Notes under the pieces: model-generated
The model's database searches: none
The model's input: only the letters and a program-made list of their open reading frames with translations
Told to the model about the DNA's origin: nothing
From: Candidatus Bathyarchaeota archaeon
Lineage (GTDB): Archaea > Thermoproteota > Bathyarchaeia > 40CM-2-53-6
Direction: 5' to 3'
Assembly: GCA_963733055.1 (NCBI GenBank)
Contig: CAVTBR010000002.1
Location: 128,001-192,000, forward strand
Length of the DNA stretch: 64,000 nucleotides
Part shown: positions 30,568 through 39,517 of the stretch, one piece after another
How positions within the stretch are numbered: position 1 is the stretch's first letter
Layout: the number at the start of each line of letters is the position of its first letter
Translations under genes and position numbers: made by a program

Positions 30568-31701
30568 TTGCCCGCTCAGCCCAAGGCAGACACCATAAAC
30601 GTTCCCGGGAAGGTCCTCTTCTTCGGCGGATACTCCGTCCTAGAACTAGGTCACATTTCCCTCTCCTTGGCAGTGGTCGACGATAAAGGAGAGGGGGTAA
30701 CCGGTGCAGTCGAACAGGCGAACTCAGATGTGCTAGTCGCCAAACAATTTGGGCTTGACATGAAGATCGATTCTCCCGAGCTAACCAGAAAGAACATCGC
30801 TGCCTCAACATTCTTCCTAACCAAACTTTACCTGAAATCCAAGGGAGCTTCCAGCAGTCAGATCGTTTCCCTCACGAATAGTTCAATCTTTGGAATAGAG
30901 CACAAATCTGGGCTTGGAAGTTCAGCGGCCGCGACGGTCGCTGTCGTCAAAGCTCTATTCTTCGCAAACGGAATGAAAGACATCGCTCACAGCGATATTA
31001 TCCATAAGCTATCTCAATACTGCGGCGCTGCTTTCACAAACAAGATCGGCTCCGGCTTTGATATCGCCACTTGCGCAGCCGGCCACAGCATAATCTACAA
31101 GCGATTCAACCCCAGCTCAATCAACTTACCCTCAGACTTCAACAACGTAACAGAAACGACCGAAAGGATTCTCTCTTCGATCGAAAGGCCGTGGCCAGAT
31201 TTGCAAACGCAGCCGGTCTCATTGCCCTCGAAATACGGCTTGCTCTTCTTCAACATCGAGGGAGGAAAGACCTCAACCGTTAGCAACGTACGGACAGTCG
31301 GCGAATGGAAACGTCAACACCCAACCGAATACGCTGAACTCATGGAGAATCAAAATGCGGATGAAATCGAGGCTACCGGGAGGCTGCTAGACGGCGACAA
31401 CGATGGGCTAAGACGCTACACACACTCAGCGAGGGATATTCATAGAAAACTGCAGCAAGTGGTCGCGCAATCCTATGCACTCCTGGACCCGATAGAACCC
31501 GAACCGCTCACGAAGCTGATAGAGTTTGCAGAGAAGATTCACGGTGTCATCGCAGGACGGTGTCCCGGCGCGGGCGGATGGGATGGGCTGGCGTTCATAA
31601 TAGACAAAGACCGATTCGACAAAAACGGAATCATTGCGATCGTTGCCAAGGCGAAGGAGTACAATCTCGCGTTGACACACCTTCCCTTGCAGCTGTTATG
31701 A
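30568..31701 (+). CDS. Phosphomevalonate kinase (ERG8/Sulfolobales-like GHMP kinase)
   Basis: PGKVLFFGGYSVL, KSGLGSSAA, KIGSGFDIA and PGAGGWD motifs; directly follows mvaD. Confidence 0.82.
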   Translation: MPAQPKADTINVPGKVLFFGGYSVLELGHISLSLAVVDDKGEGVTGAVEQANSDVLVAKQFGLDMKIDSPELTRKNIAASTFFLTKLYLKSKGASSSQIVSLTNSSIFGIEHKSGLGSSAAATVAVVKALFFANGMKDIAHSDIIHKLSQYCGAAFTNKIGSGFDIATCAAGHSIIYKRFNPSSINLPSDFNNVTETTERILSSIERPWPDLQTQPVSLPSKYGLLFFNIEGGKTSTVSNVRTVGEWKRQHPTEYAELMENQNADEIEATGRLLDGDNDGLRRYTHSARDIHRKLQQVVAQSYALLDPIEPEPLTKLIEFAEKIHGVIAGRCPGAGGWDGLAFIIDKDRFDKNGIIAIVAKAKEYNLALTHLPLQLL

Positions 31702-31731
31702 GAGGCGTGAACTGTGGCGAGGGGCAGTTGT

Positions 31732-32664
31732 CTATATGCCGATCATGGTTCGAAGCGTTTGGGAACCTTGCCGTTCGATTTCCTTCGCCACGCGATCCTG
31801 AAGTTCTCGCCCTGGCGTTAGTGCAACCATGTAGCCTCCCCTTCCCCCTCCGGTAAGTTTCGCGCCAACTGCCCCAGCGTCCCGAGCCAGCTTCACGAGC
31901 GCGTCCAACTCTGGGGAGGACACTCCTATCTCCTGGAGCAACTTGTGGTTTTCGTTCATGTACGCGCCCACCCTTTCGAGGTTGAAAGCCTCAAGCTCCT
32001 TCCTCGCATTCCGTACTAATTGGTCAGCGTTTTGAAAGAGACGCCCGTATTTTTCAGGCTCCTTTTCTTTCCGTTCCCTTACTCCCGCTACGACAACCTT
32101 CGTGTCCGCGACTTTCCCGGTATTCCCCATTACGATCTCCACGGGCTTTCGGAGTCGCATGCGTTCCATCAATTGCGCTGCACCCTCTCGTCTGTACCAA
32201 ATCAAACCGCCGTACGTTGCGGCCGTGTTATCAATCCCAGACGGAGTTCCGTGGTACCCCTTTTCTCCCTCGTAAGCTACTTCATTCACTCTTTCGTCTG
32301 GGAAGTTGAGGTTGAGTTCTTCTGAAATTGCGCGGGCGATTGCAGCGCATGAGGCCGCGCTCGCTCCCACACCACTCGCAGCAAGCAAGTCGCCGCCCAG
32401 CGTGACCGTATAGTGATGGAGCTGTGTGTCAATCTTCATGAATTTCAGCATGATACCTAATGATTCATTTTGCTGCTCAAATTTCTCAGCCTTGTATCCC
32501 GGCGTCTCAGGCCTTTCATCCTTGAGCTCCACCCCGGTCCCGGCATTCCGCTCGACCGTGGCGGTTGTTTTGGCTCCGATGGCTGAGGCGATTGCGGGAA
32601 TTCCGTATACGACGAAGTGCTCGTTGAAGAGAATCACTTTACCGAACCCAACACCTTGGCCCAA
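31732..32664 (-). CDS. mvk: Mevalonate kinase
   Basis: GKVILFNEHFVVYG, GVGASAA, HGTPSGIDN and KLTGGGRGG motifs. Confidence 0.92.
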   Translation of the reverse strand: MGQGVGFGKVILFNEHFVVYGIPAIASAIGAKTTATVERNAGTGVELKDERPETPGYKAEKFEQQNESLGIMLKFMKIDTQLHHYTVTLGGDLLAASGVGASAASCAAIARAISEELNLNFPDERVNEVAYEGEKGYHGTPSGIDNTAATYGGLIWYRREGAAQLMERMRLRKPVEIVMGNTGKVADTKVVVAGVRERKEKEPEKYGRLFQNADQLVRNARKELEAFNLERVGAYMNENHKLLQEIGVSSPELDALVKLARDAGAVGAKLTGGGRGGYMVALTPGRELQDRVAKEIERQGSQTLRTMIGI

Positions 32665-32728
32665 GGAAATTCTCCCATCAATAGGTTCCTGTGTCCGCTA
32701 CAAAAATCAAACGGCCTGTCGTGCTACC

Positions 32729-33581
32729 TTAGTTACGAGTAAAAACCAGCGACGAGTACCCGACCACTGCCGACTTATCACCGGTGATGTCGCCGCTCGT
32801 CTTGTACGCTAATAGATCGGCTCTCGTGTTCCCGACCATTTTTGCCGCCGCAATCAACGTCGTTATCGGGCCGTAGCCACACATCGTAACGCGGTTACTG
32901 TCGCCTAGCTCGTTCAATTGCTTATCATCTAGCTTCAGGATCGCGCCGATCGCTTCCTTATCCTTCCTGTTCGCGATGGCTTGGGGTTCGTAGTGGGTGA
33001 AATCACTGGACGACGATTATCGCAACGCTCTTTCCTTTCGTGCTTTCAACGATGGCCCTCGCAACTTCTATGGATGTTGTGAGGTCTTGCATCATCATGC
33101 ATATGGGAACGAATTCTATGGCGTCCTTGAATAGGAACTGGAGGAACGGAAGTTGGACCTCGATTGAGTGTTCGCTTTCGTGTGCCGTTTCGTCGATGTC
33201 GATTATGCTACTTGACTGTTGGATTCTCTTGGCCAAGTCTGAGTTGATTCGGGTGATACCGACCGGCGTTTCCCACGCTCCTTCCGTCTCAATGGAGAGC
33301 CCGCTGCCGAGTCCGCTGTGGTTTGGTCCGAGAATTATGCAGACATCGGGTGGGCCGTCCGCAGCTAACTTAGCGTATCCATTAGCCGCCACTGGCCCCG
33401 AGTACATGTAGCCCGCGTGTGGGCAGACTAGTCCTAGGATCCGTCGTGGGCCTTGCTGGTTTGCTTTTGGGACCTGCCCGGGCCCGAAGGGGTGGTTGAA
33501 GCAGTCGGTTATTTGTTTGGTGAGTGAGGTTTTGGTTCCTGCGTAGAATGCGTTTGCGACATATGGCTTGCGTATTTTCAA
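32729..33581 (-). CDS. MEMO1 family (AmmeMemoRadiSam protein B) protein; apparent +1 frameshift near 33013
   Basis: PHAGYMYSG, GPNH and EHSIEVQLPFLQ, then SSDFTHYE..TMCGYGP..VVGY in the next frame. Confidence 0.9.
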
Positions 33582-34243
33582 AGCTCACCGCCCGATCTTG
33601 GGGCGATAGCTGCCAGTTTTGTTTCGAAGTCGTCGACGGTGGCGGTTATGGTTCCGTCGGCGGGTAGTTCTCCTCGGTCACGTAGAACTTGTCTGGCTAA
33701 GAGCCAGTATAGCATCGCTAGTGCGCGGCGGCCTTTGTTGTTCACGGGTATGGCGAGGTCGACGCCGCTGAATACGTTGTCAGTGTCGCAGAGTGCAATG
33801 ACTGGAACGCCTGCGGTTGAGGCTTCCTTGATCGATTGCCAGTCCGCTCTAGGATCGGTTACCATGATGACTTGCGGGTCGGCGTGGTATGGTTGCAGCG
33901 GGTTTGAGATTAGGCCAGGCATGAAACGCCCAACCATCGGAACGGTCCTCGTTATCTCACAGAATTTCTCAACGGGAGTCTTCCCGTAGAGCCTCGAGGA
34001 AATTATGAGGGTTCGTTCCGGCTCGAACCTAGCTATGAACCGTGAGGTCGTTCGGATCTTCTCGTCTGTCTTTCCAATGTTCAGGATGAATAGGCCGTCG
34101 GGTCTGACGCGGTAGATGTAGGGTTCCATGTCACCAGTTTTGATTCTGGTTCCGATATGGAGGCCTGCTGCCAGAAGATCCTCTAGGGGGATCAGTAGGT
34201 CCTCTGACTTCGGCATCCCCTCTTTTTCTTCGACTTCTGACAT
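33578..34243 (-). CDS. rps2: 30S ribosomal protein S2
   Basis: AAGLHIG, GRFMPG, TDPRAD and NNKGRRAL motifs. Confidence 0.96.
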   Translation of the reverse strand: MSEVEEKEGMPKSEDLLIPLEDLLAAGLHIGTRIKTGDMEPYIYRVRPDGLFILNIGKTDEKIRTTSRFIARFEPERTLIISSRLYGKTPVEKFCEITRTVPMVGRFMPGLISNPLQPYHADPQVIMVTDPRADWQSIKEASTAGVPVIALCDTDNVFSGVDLAIPVNNKGRRALAMLYWLLARQVLRDRGELPADGTITATVDDFETKLAAIAPRSGGEL

Positions 34244-34255
34244 TCTGCTTGATTC

Positions 34256-34480
34256 CTATTCGAATTGTGCCCGGCGTTTCGCTGTAACCTGGGTGTAGCG
34301 TAGGAGGTCGTCGATGACGTCCGCCTGTGATATGAACATGCGCCGGCAGCAGTATCGGTTCATTCCCATGTCATCCAGAACCTTCTTCGGTCTCTCTCCC
34401 GCTTTAACGCACCTCGCGAACTCTTCCCAGTGGTCGGCGACGAGTTTTCCACATGTGAAGCAGCGGACGGGGATTATCAT
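34256..34480 (-). CDS. rpoN: RNA polymerase subunit N (Rpo10)
   Basis: [19 protein letters not shown]. Confidence 0.97.
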   Translation of the reverse strand: MIIPVRCFTCGKLVADHWEEFARCVKAGERPKKVLDDMGMNRYCCRRMFISQADVIDDLLRYTQVTAKRRAQFE

Positions 34481-34486
34481 GTCATT

Positions 34487-34951
34487 CTACCTGTATGATT
34501 TCTGTTCTCGTCTTCGGGCTCCGGGTCCGCCGAATTTCTTGGGTTCTTTTCTTCGCGGGTCTCCAGCGAGCATGGTTCGGTCGTAGTTTGTCATCGCCTT
34601 CCTAAGTTCGGAGCTGCGTGTCCACTGTACCAAGCCTTTTGCAACGGCCATCCGTGACGCTTCAGCTTGACCCATGAAGCCCCCTCCTGCGACCTTCACA
34701 TTGATGTCAACGTTCTTCGACCTCTCTCCTGAGAGCACGAGGGCTTCGTTGATCTTCATCCTCGCAATTTCCGGGGTGAAGGTGGCTAGCGGGATGCCGT
34801 TTATGAAAACGTTACCCGACCCGTTTCTGATTATTGCTCTTGCGATCGCGGTCTTTCTTTTCCCTGTAATCAGTATCAACCGCTTTCTTTCGAGTTTCTC
34901 GGCCTTCTGAGCCTTCTCGGGCTTTTCCAATTTTTCGAGTGTTTCGCTCAA
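34487..34951 (-). CDS. rps9: 30S ribosomal protein S9
   Basis: [15 protein letters not shown] and [17 protein letters not shown] motifs. Confidence 0.97.
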   Translation of the reverse strand: MSETLEKLEKPEKAQKAEKLERKRLILITGKRKTAIARAIIRNGSGNVFINGIPLATFTPEIARMKINEALVLSGERSKNVDINVKVAGGGFMGQAEASRMAVAKGLVQWTRSSELRKAMTNYDRTMLAGDPRRKEPKKFGGPGARRREQKSYR

Positions 34952-35391
34952 CTCGTATCAGGTCTCCATATCTCTTTCGCCAAGTCTTCGAGCGTCATGT
35001 ACGCTGTCCTAAGTTTAATTGCATCCGCTCCAGGGACTCTCGCTGCTTTCTTCTTGGAATATTCTTCGGGTACGCCCATGTATACGAAGACCCGATGAAA
35101 CGCGGCTTTGCCCTTCGCCTTCTTCCAAGGCAGCATACCGCGGACAACCCTTCTGAAGTATAAGTCGGGGCGGCGTTGGTGCATTGGTGCCGTGGTTTGG
35201 TTAGCGAGTGTTCTGGTCTTGAGTCGGCGCATAGCCTCTTCGACAATGTTGCTCTTCCTTCCCGAGATGACGGCCTTCTCTGCGTTGAGTACGATTACCA
35301 TGTTTCCGCTAAGCGCGCTCTTGGCGGCGTAACTGGCCAATCTGCCCATGACTTGGTCTGTAGCGTCCAATAGAATTGGTTCTGTAGACAT
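34948..35391 (-). CDS. rpl13: 50S ribosomal protein L13
   Basis: [15 protein letters not shown] and RVVRGMLP motifs. Confidence 0.95.
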   Translation of the reverse strand: MSTEPILLDATDQVMGRLASYAAKSALSGNMVIVLNAEKAVISGRKSNIVEEAMRRLKTRTLANQTTAPMHQRRPDLYFRRVVRGMLPWKKAKGKAAFHRVFVYMGVPEEYSKKKAARVPGADAIKLRTAYMTLEDLAKEIWRPDTS

Positions 35392-35398
35392 TCTTCTA

Positions 35399-35779
35399 TC
35401 ACCTGAGAATTTGAACGTTCGACCCCTTAGGATGCTTTCCGACGAAGTCCTTGATTCCGATACATTTGCCGCCAGCCTGTTCGATCTTCAACTTGGCGTC
35501 GTGCGTGAATTGGAAGGCCCCGATGGTAACGGGATGTTTGATGCGACCCGAAGCTAGCACCTTGCCGGGTACGAGAAGGAGCGAATCGGGTTTGGAGGCC
35601 CGGGATATATGGTTCAAGTCAAGTTCTGCCCGGCCTCTCCTTGCCTTGGATAGTTGTTCGGCCGCGTCCGTCCATATTTCGGCTTCGTTCTCCCTTGCCT
35701 TCACTTTGAGAAAGCGAATTGTTTCGAGTAATTCGGGGTTTGTTATATGGCGCCGCAACTTTAGTCCTCTCTTATTCAA
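35399..35779 (-). CDS. rpl18e: 50S ribosomal protein L18e
   Basis: TNPEL..VPGKVLASG..AKLKIEQAGG. Confidence 0.95.
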   Translation of the reverse strand: MNKRGLKLRRHITNPELLETIRFLKVKARENEAEIWTDAAEQLSKARRGRAELDLNHISRASKPDSLLLVPGKVLASGRIKHPVTIGAFQFTHDAKLKIEQAGGKCIGIKDFVGKHPKGSNVQILR

Positions 35780-36599
35780 GTCCTTTCTTTACAAGGTCTG
35801 CGAGGTTGGTTGATTTCTTGTCTAGAACCTTCGACGCCTCGCTCACGATCCTCTTGGGAGGAAGAGCGCCGGTCGTTTCAACGTAGAATATGAATGCCGT
35901 ATCGTCCTCTTCAACTTTGACGGGGAAAGGTTTCTTGGAATCTATCGGAGTGGCTTTCTCAACGCAATCCATGCATAGCGTACACGCCAGCTCATCGCGT
36001 ATCGCAATTTTATTCTCAGGATCGCTCACGTATACGTCGGTGGGGCAGACTTGAATTACCTCGGCCGGATTCGCTAGATTGTCAGCGTTCAATGTTACTT
36101 TTGGGAGATATTTGTATGCGCAAGCCGTGGTAGGTTGCCATTTGGCATGCTCGAGACCTCGACCGAGCTTCGCGTACAATTCGAGTTTCAGCTTCTGTGA
36201 CGGACCAAGTTTCACGATAGGAATGCTACCGCTTACAGGGGTTACGTCGCTGTCCCCTTTCAAGTCGGATGAATAAACCATCACGGGTTCATCAACCGAT
36301 TCGACTTCGAGAGTGAATGAGGCCCTGCACTTGCTGCAGCCCAGTTCGCTCTTGCAGTCACATTCTTCAGGAAGAACGAATGTGTCCAGATCTGTTTTAA
36401 GCGGGATCAGTCCGAGCCTGTGTGCGATGACTTCGTCGTAGAGAACTGACGTGTTCTCAATAATGATGACGTCCTCAATGGCCATCGCCGGAACTTCCGC
36501 CATCATTGCACGCCGCAAGGCATTGGCGTGGGCGTGGCTGGTTCCTTTCAATAGGAACCGAAGCGAGTTATCTTTCTCTTCAAGAATCTTAATTTCCAA
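35772..36599 (-). CDS. rpoD: RNA polymerase subunit D (Rpo3) with Fe-S-type domain
   Basis: ANALRR, NTSVLYDEVIAHRLGLIP, HAKW and CP..CTLCMDC motifs. Confidence 0.96.
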   Translation of the reverse strand: MEIKILEEKDNSLRFLLKGTSHAHANALRRAMMAEVPAMAIEDVIIIENTSVLYDEVIAHRLGLIPLKTDLDTFVLPEECDCKSELGCSKCRASFTLEVESVDEPVMVYSSDLKGDSDVTPVSGSIPIVKLGPSQKLKLELYAKLGRGLEHAKWQPTTACAYKYLPKVTLNADNLANPAEVIQVCPTDVYVSDPENKIAIRDELACTLCMDCVEKATPIDSKKPFPVKVEEDDTAFIFYVETTGALPPKRIVSEASKVLDKKSTNLADLVKKGLE

Positions 36600-36750
36600 G
36601 GCCTACGGACCCCGCAGGTAGAACGGCAACTCTCGTGGGCCGTTTACGGCAAGTTTTCGGCCTGAATCCTGATTTTCGGGTCCGAAGTCCACGACAATTC
36701 ACTTCTACGTAAAGAGAATTTTCAGGTAGGCTCTGGTGCTTATAAACTAT
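36600..36750 (-). promoter_or_regulatory. TATA plus putative structured 5' leader of the rpoD operon
   Basis: TTTATAAG near 36739-36746; nested complementary pairs GTAGAA/TTCTAC and TCGTGG/CCACGA; hairpin GCCG-TAAA-CGGC. Confidence 0.5.
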
Positions 36751-36838
36751 TACGACCCTCAACGGGATTTGAAGAGAAAAAATCTGGAAGAGTTAAAGTC
36801 CGCGACTCACCCGAGTTATTTTGAATAAGTGATACCCT

Positions 36839-37102
36839 TTGGACGCGCCCTCGGTCACTGAGGTCGGTTTCATTCTGATCATTTTCGGATTTGTTCTGGC
36901 CTTCGCAGCAATGATTCTTCTAGCGTTTCGTTCTCCTCGTGGCTCGGGCAAAACTCGGGCTGCCGGAGTCCTCCTCATTGGTCCTATTCCCATAATATTT
37001 GGTACAGACAAGGATTCGGTGAAGGGACTGATGATTCTGGCGATTGTGTTAGTGCTCGTTGTTCTCCTCTTTATGCTTCTGCCATACCTTTTCGGAAGGT
37101 GA
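36839..37102 (+). CDS. DUF131/TIGR00304 membrane protein
   Basis: GVLLIGPIPIIFGTD motif. Confidence 0.88.
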   Translation: MDAPSVTEVGFILIIFGFVLAFAAMILLAFRSPRGSGKTRAAGVLLIGPIPIIFGTDKDSVKGLMILAIVLVLVVLLFMLLPYLFGR

Positions 37103-37524
37103 ATGACCTGCCAGCCCCACTCTGTGCTGTTTGCGGGAAGGCATCCGCGACTTACGTTTGTCAAAACTGCGGTAGGCCAACATGCATCAACTGCTTCGAT
37201 GCGACCAGTTGGACCTGTAGAGACTGTGGCGAGAAAGTTTCAGTTGCTCGCGGTCAAGCGAACTATTCTCAGCAATTCCAATTTTCTTGGATAAGCATGT
37301 TGTTTCTGGTGGCTTTCGCGGCCATATTTGTTGGGACGTTGCTGATTGCTTTAGGTTCGATCTCGAATTTGGGCTCCGGCAGCGCGGGTGCGGTCATTCT
37401 GATTGGGCCGATTCCGATAATTCTTGGATCGGGACCGTATTCCTTCCCGCTCATTGCATTATCCGTGGGCGTAACGATAGTGGCGATAGTCTTCTTTCTT
37501 GTGCTGAGAAGACGGGTTTTCTGA
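37099..37524 (+). CDS. Zn-finger plus DUF131 membrane protein
   Basis: CAVC..CQNC..CINC..CRDC then VILIGPIPIILG. Confidence 0.85.
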   Translation: MNDLPAPLCAVCGKASATYVCQNCGRPTCINCFDATSWTCRDCGEKVSVARGQANYSQQFQFSWISMLFLVAFAAIFVGTLLIALGSISNLGSGSAGAVILIGPIPIILGSGPYSFPLIALSVGVTIVAIVFFLVLRRRVF

Positions 37525-38076
37525 CTAGGACTCAGCGACGGCCTGGCCAGCCGCGGTTGCCGTGATGACCTTCCTCGCCGAGTGGTCCGCCTTCGCTAGC
37601 GGGCTTTGCGAGAAGTACTTGAGCTTCCCTTCCTCTTCGCGTTTAACCATGTAGCCTGGGACGGAGATTATCTTGCCACCGACCGTTATGTGGCCATGCG
37701 AAACGAATTGTCTCGCCTGGAACAGCGTCTTCGCCAATCCTCTTCTGAATACCATTGTCTGCAATCGACGTTCGAGAAGGTCCCGTATGTCAAGGTCGAG
37801 AACGTTGTCGATCGTTGCGGATTCAGATAGCACTCCCATCCTACCCAGCTTAGAGAGGTATTCCTGCTCAAGGCGTGCGCGCTGCTCTTCCGTTGCACCG
37901 AGTAGTGACCGCGCGATACCTCTGACCTCAGAGAGCATTGTCTTGTAACGCCACAGCTCCCTCTTATTGCGCAGCCCGAAATCTCCCATCAGGTGAAGTT
38001 CCACTTCCAGTTGGTCTCTACGCCAAGGATGTCTTGGCGTCTCGTAGCTCTTTCTAGTTCTCTTTGGATCGCCCGT
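37525..38076 (-). CDS. rps4: 30S ribosomal protein S4 (conserved N-terminus begins at ACG)
   Basis: (ACG)GDPKRTRKSYETPRHPW..GLRNKRELW..LERRLQT..QARQFVSHGHI; SD AGGTGA 6 nt upstream of the ACG. Confidence 0.95.
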   Translation of the reverse strand, partial: TGDPKRTRKSYETPRHPWRRDQLEVELHLMGDFGLRNKRELWRYKTMLSEVRGIARSLLGATEEQRARLEQEYLSKLGRMGVLSESATIDNVLDLDIRDLLERRLQTMVFRRGLAKTLFQARQFVSHGHITVGGKIISVPGYMVKREEEGKLKYFSQSPLAKADHSARKVITATAAGQAVAES

Positions 38077-38086
38077 AGCGCGTCAC

Positions 38087-38587
38087 CTACTTCTTCTCTT
38101 CCTTCTCGCCGGCTGCGGCCGCAGCTCGAGCTGCTTCCATTATTACTTTCTTGGCAACCCCAACCGCTCTACCTTTGCGGCCGGTCGTGCGTGTTCGTTG
38201 CCCGCGAACCTTCAAGCCCAGAGAGTGCCTTACCCCCTTCCAGCTCCGGATGTCGGTCATGAAATCGATATCGCTCTTCGTGCTCAGCGCGAGGTCGGCC
38301 CCTATCAAATGCATATCCCGACCTGAATCGAGGCCTTTGCGGTGGTTGAAAAGTCGTGGTGGCAGACCATACTTTGCCGGGTCCCGCATCGCGTCTTCGA
38401 GCTTCTGCACTTCAGCTTCAGATAAGTCGCCCATTCTACCCTCAGGCTTGATCTCCGTGGCTTTCACTATGGCCGCTGCGTAGCTTGGCCCTACACCCCT
38501 AATGTGGCCTATTCCATAGGCGATCTTCTTAGTGCCGTCGATGTTTGCGCCGGCAACGCGTAGGACAAGCCTGAATTCCTTGGACAT
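38087..38587 (-). CDS. rps13: 30S ribosomal protein S13
   Basis: IRGVG, SWKGVRH..GLKVRGQRTRTTGR; ATG at 38587. Confidence 0.96.
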   Translation of the reverse strand: MSKEFRLVLRVAGANIDGTKKIAYGIGHIRGVGPSYAAAIVKATEIKPEGRMGDLSEAEVQKLEDAMRDPAKYGLPPRLFNHRKGLDSGRDMHLIGADLALSTKSDIDFMTDIRSWKGVRHSLGLKVRGQRTRTTGRKGRAVGVAKKVIMEAARAAAAAGEKEEKK

Positions 38588-38964
38588 GGTTCGTTCACTG
38601 AATTTTACGTTAGCGAACAGGCAGAACGATATTAAACTTTGCCGGAGTCCGGACCTGGAATAAACCCAGAACCTTCTATTGCTCGCTCGAATGCCTATTG
38701 TATCCATAGCTGGCGCAGCTTTTCTCTACGGTGCCTGCAATCGTCACGGCTCTGCCCACGGCGGTGGGATGGTGTAGGCTGGCTTGGACAGCCCGCAATT
38801 GACTTACAATTTCCGCGTAATTGACATCCAACTGCGCCTAAGGTAGAGCAGATAGTTGTAGACCTCGATAGCGCTCGCCGGCTTGTTCAGCAGGATTGCT
38901 GCGGACCCACCCAATCTTTCCACCGTCATCGGCTCTCGGTACCATGAATTATGTGGAATCATGT

Positions 38965-39007
38965 TACTGCAATGAATTACATGGAAATCTGCTAAATTCA
39001 TGCAGTA
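38965..39007. repeat. Imperfect inverted repeat in the intergenic region
   Basis: TACTGC(A)ATGAATT ... AATTCATGCAGTA, 13-bp stem with one bulge. Confidence 0.5.
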
Positions 39008-39137
39008 GGCAATTTACAGTGACGAAAATGACACGGACAAAGAAAAAACACGCGAACTCAGTGCACGAATTTGCGCCTTCTGAGGGCGACGCGTGGTTCG
39101 CGGAGTAAGTAGGATACCACAATCGGGTGGTTGGCCG

Positions 39138-39296
39138 ATGGAGAAGGAAATCGGAGACGAGTGCCCGAACTGCGGACTCCTAAGTCTCACATCGTACTAT
39201 GACGATGGGGATTCACCGATAGGTGCGAAGTGCGACAATTGCGGGTTCAAGGGATTCTACATGAAGAAGAATCTCGTTCCGCTAGCCGCGGTTTGA
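39138..39296 (+). CDS. CPxCG-type zinc-finger microprotein (52 aa)
   Basis: CPNCG..KCDNCGF; SD-like GGGTGG upstream. Confidence 0.7.
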   Translation: MEKEIGDECPNCGLLSLTSYYDDGDSPIGAKCDNCGFKGFYMKKNLVPLAAV

Positions 39297-39313
39297 CAGC
39301 TTGGTGAAATGCT

Positions 39314-39502
39314 TTGGTTGAGCGAAGACAGAGCAGATATGGGATGATATACGTTTGCGAGCTGTGCGGCTTCGGGTATACAGATGTCGAAGTCGCCGAA
39401 TCCTGCGAGGAGTTTTGTGGGCTGCACGGAGGTTATGCGGTCAACATCACTGCTAGGGCTGTCTTCCGGCCCCGAATCCACGTCGTCTCGGTTTCCGAAT
39501 AG
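39314..39502 (+). CDS. Small Cys-rich protein (62 aa)
   Basis: YVCELCGFGY..AESCEEFC..H; SD GGTGA. Confidence 0.7.
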   Translation: MVERRQSRYGMIYVCELCGFGYTDVEVAESCEEFCGLHGGYAVNITARAVFRPRIHVVSVSE

Positions 39503-39517
39503 CGCGCAGATCCTGCT

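Noticed and set aside
33000-33020. MEMO1 split
   Set aside because: One extra base converts the conserved IASSDFTHY into two frames; same error class as above.
34948-34975. Atypical L13 C-terminus (EIWRPDTS) as another frameshift
   Set aside because: The stop overlaps the rps9 TTG in a TTGA coupling and alternative frames give no better ending.
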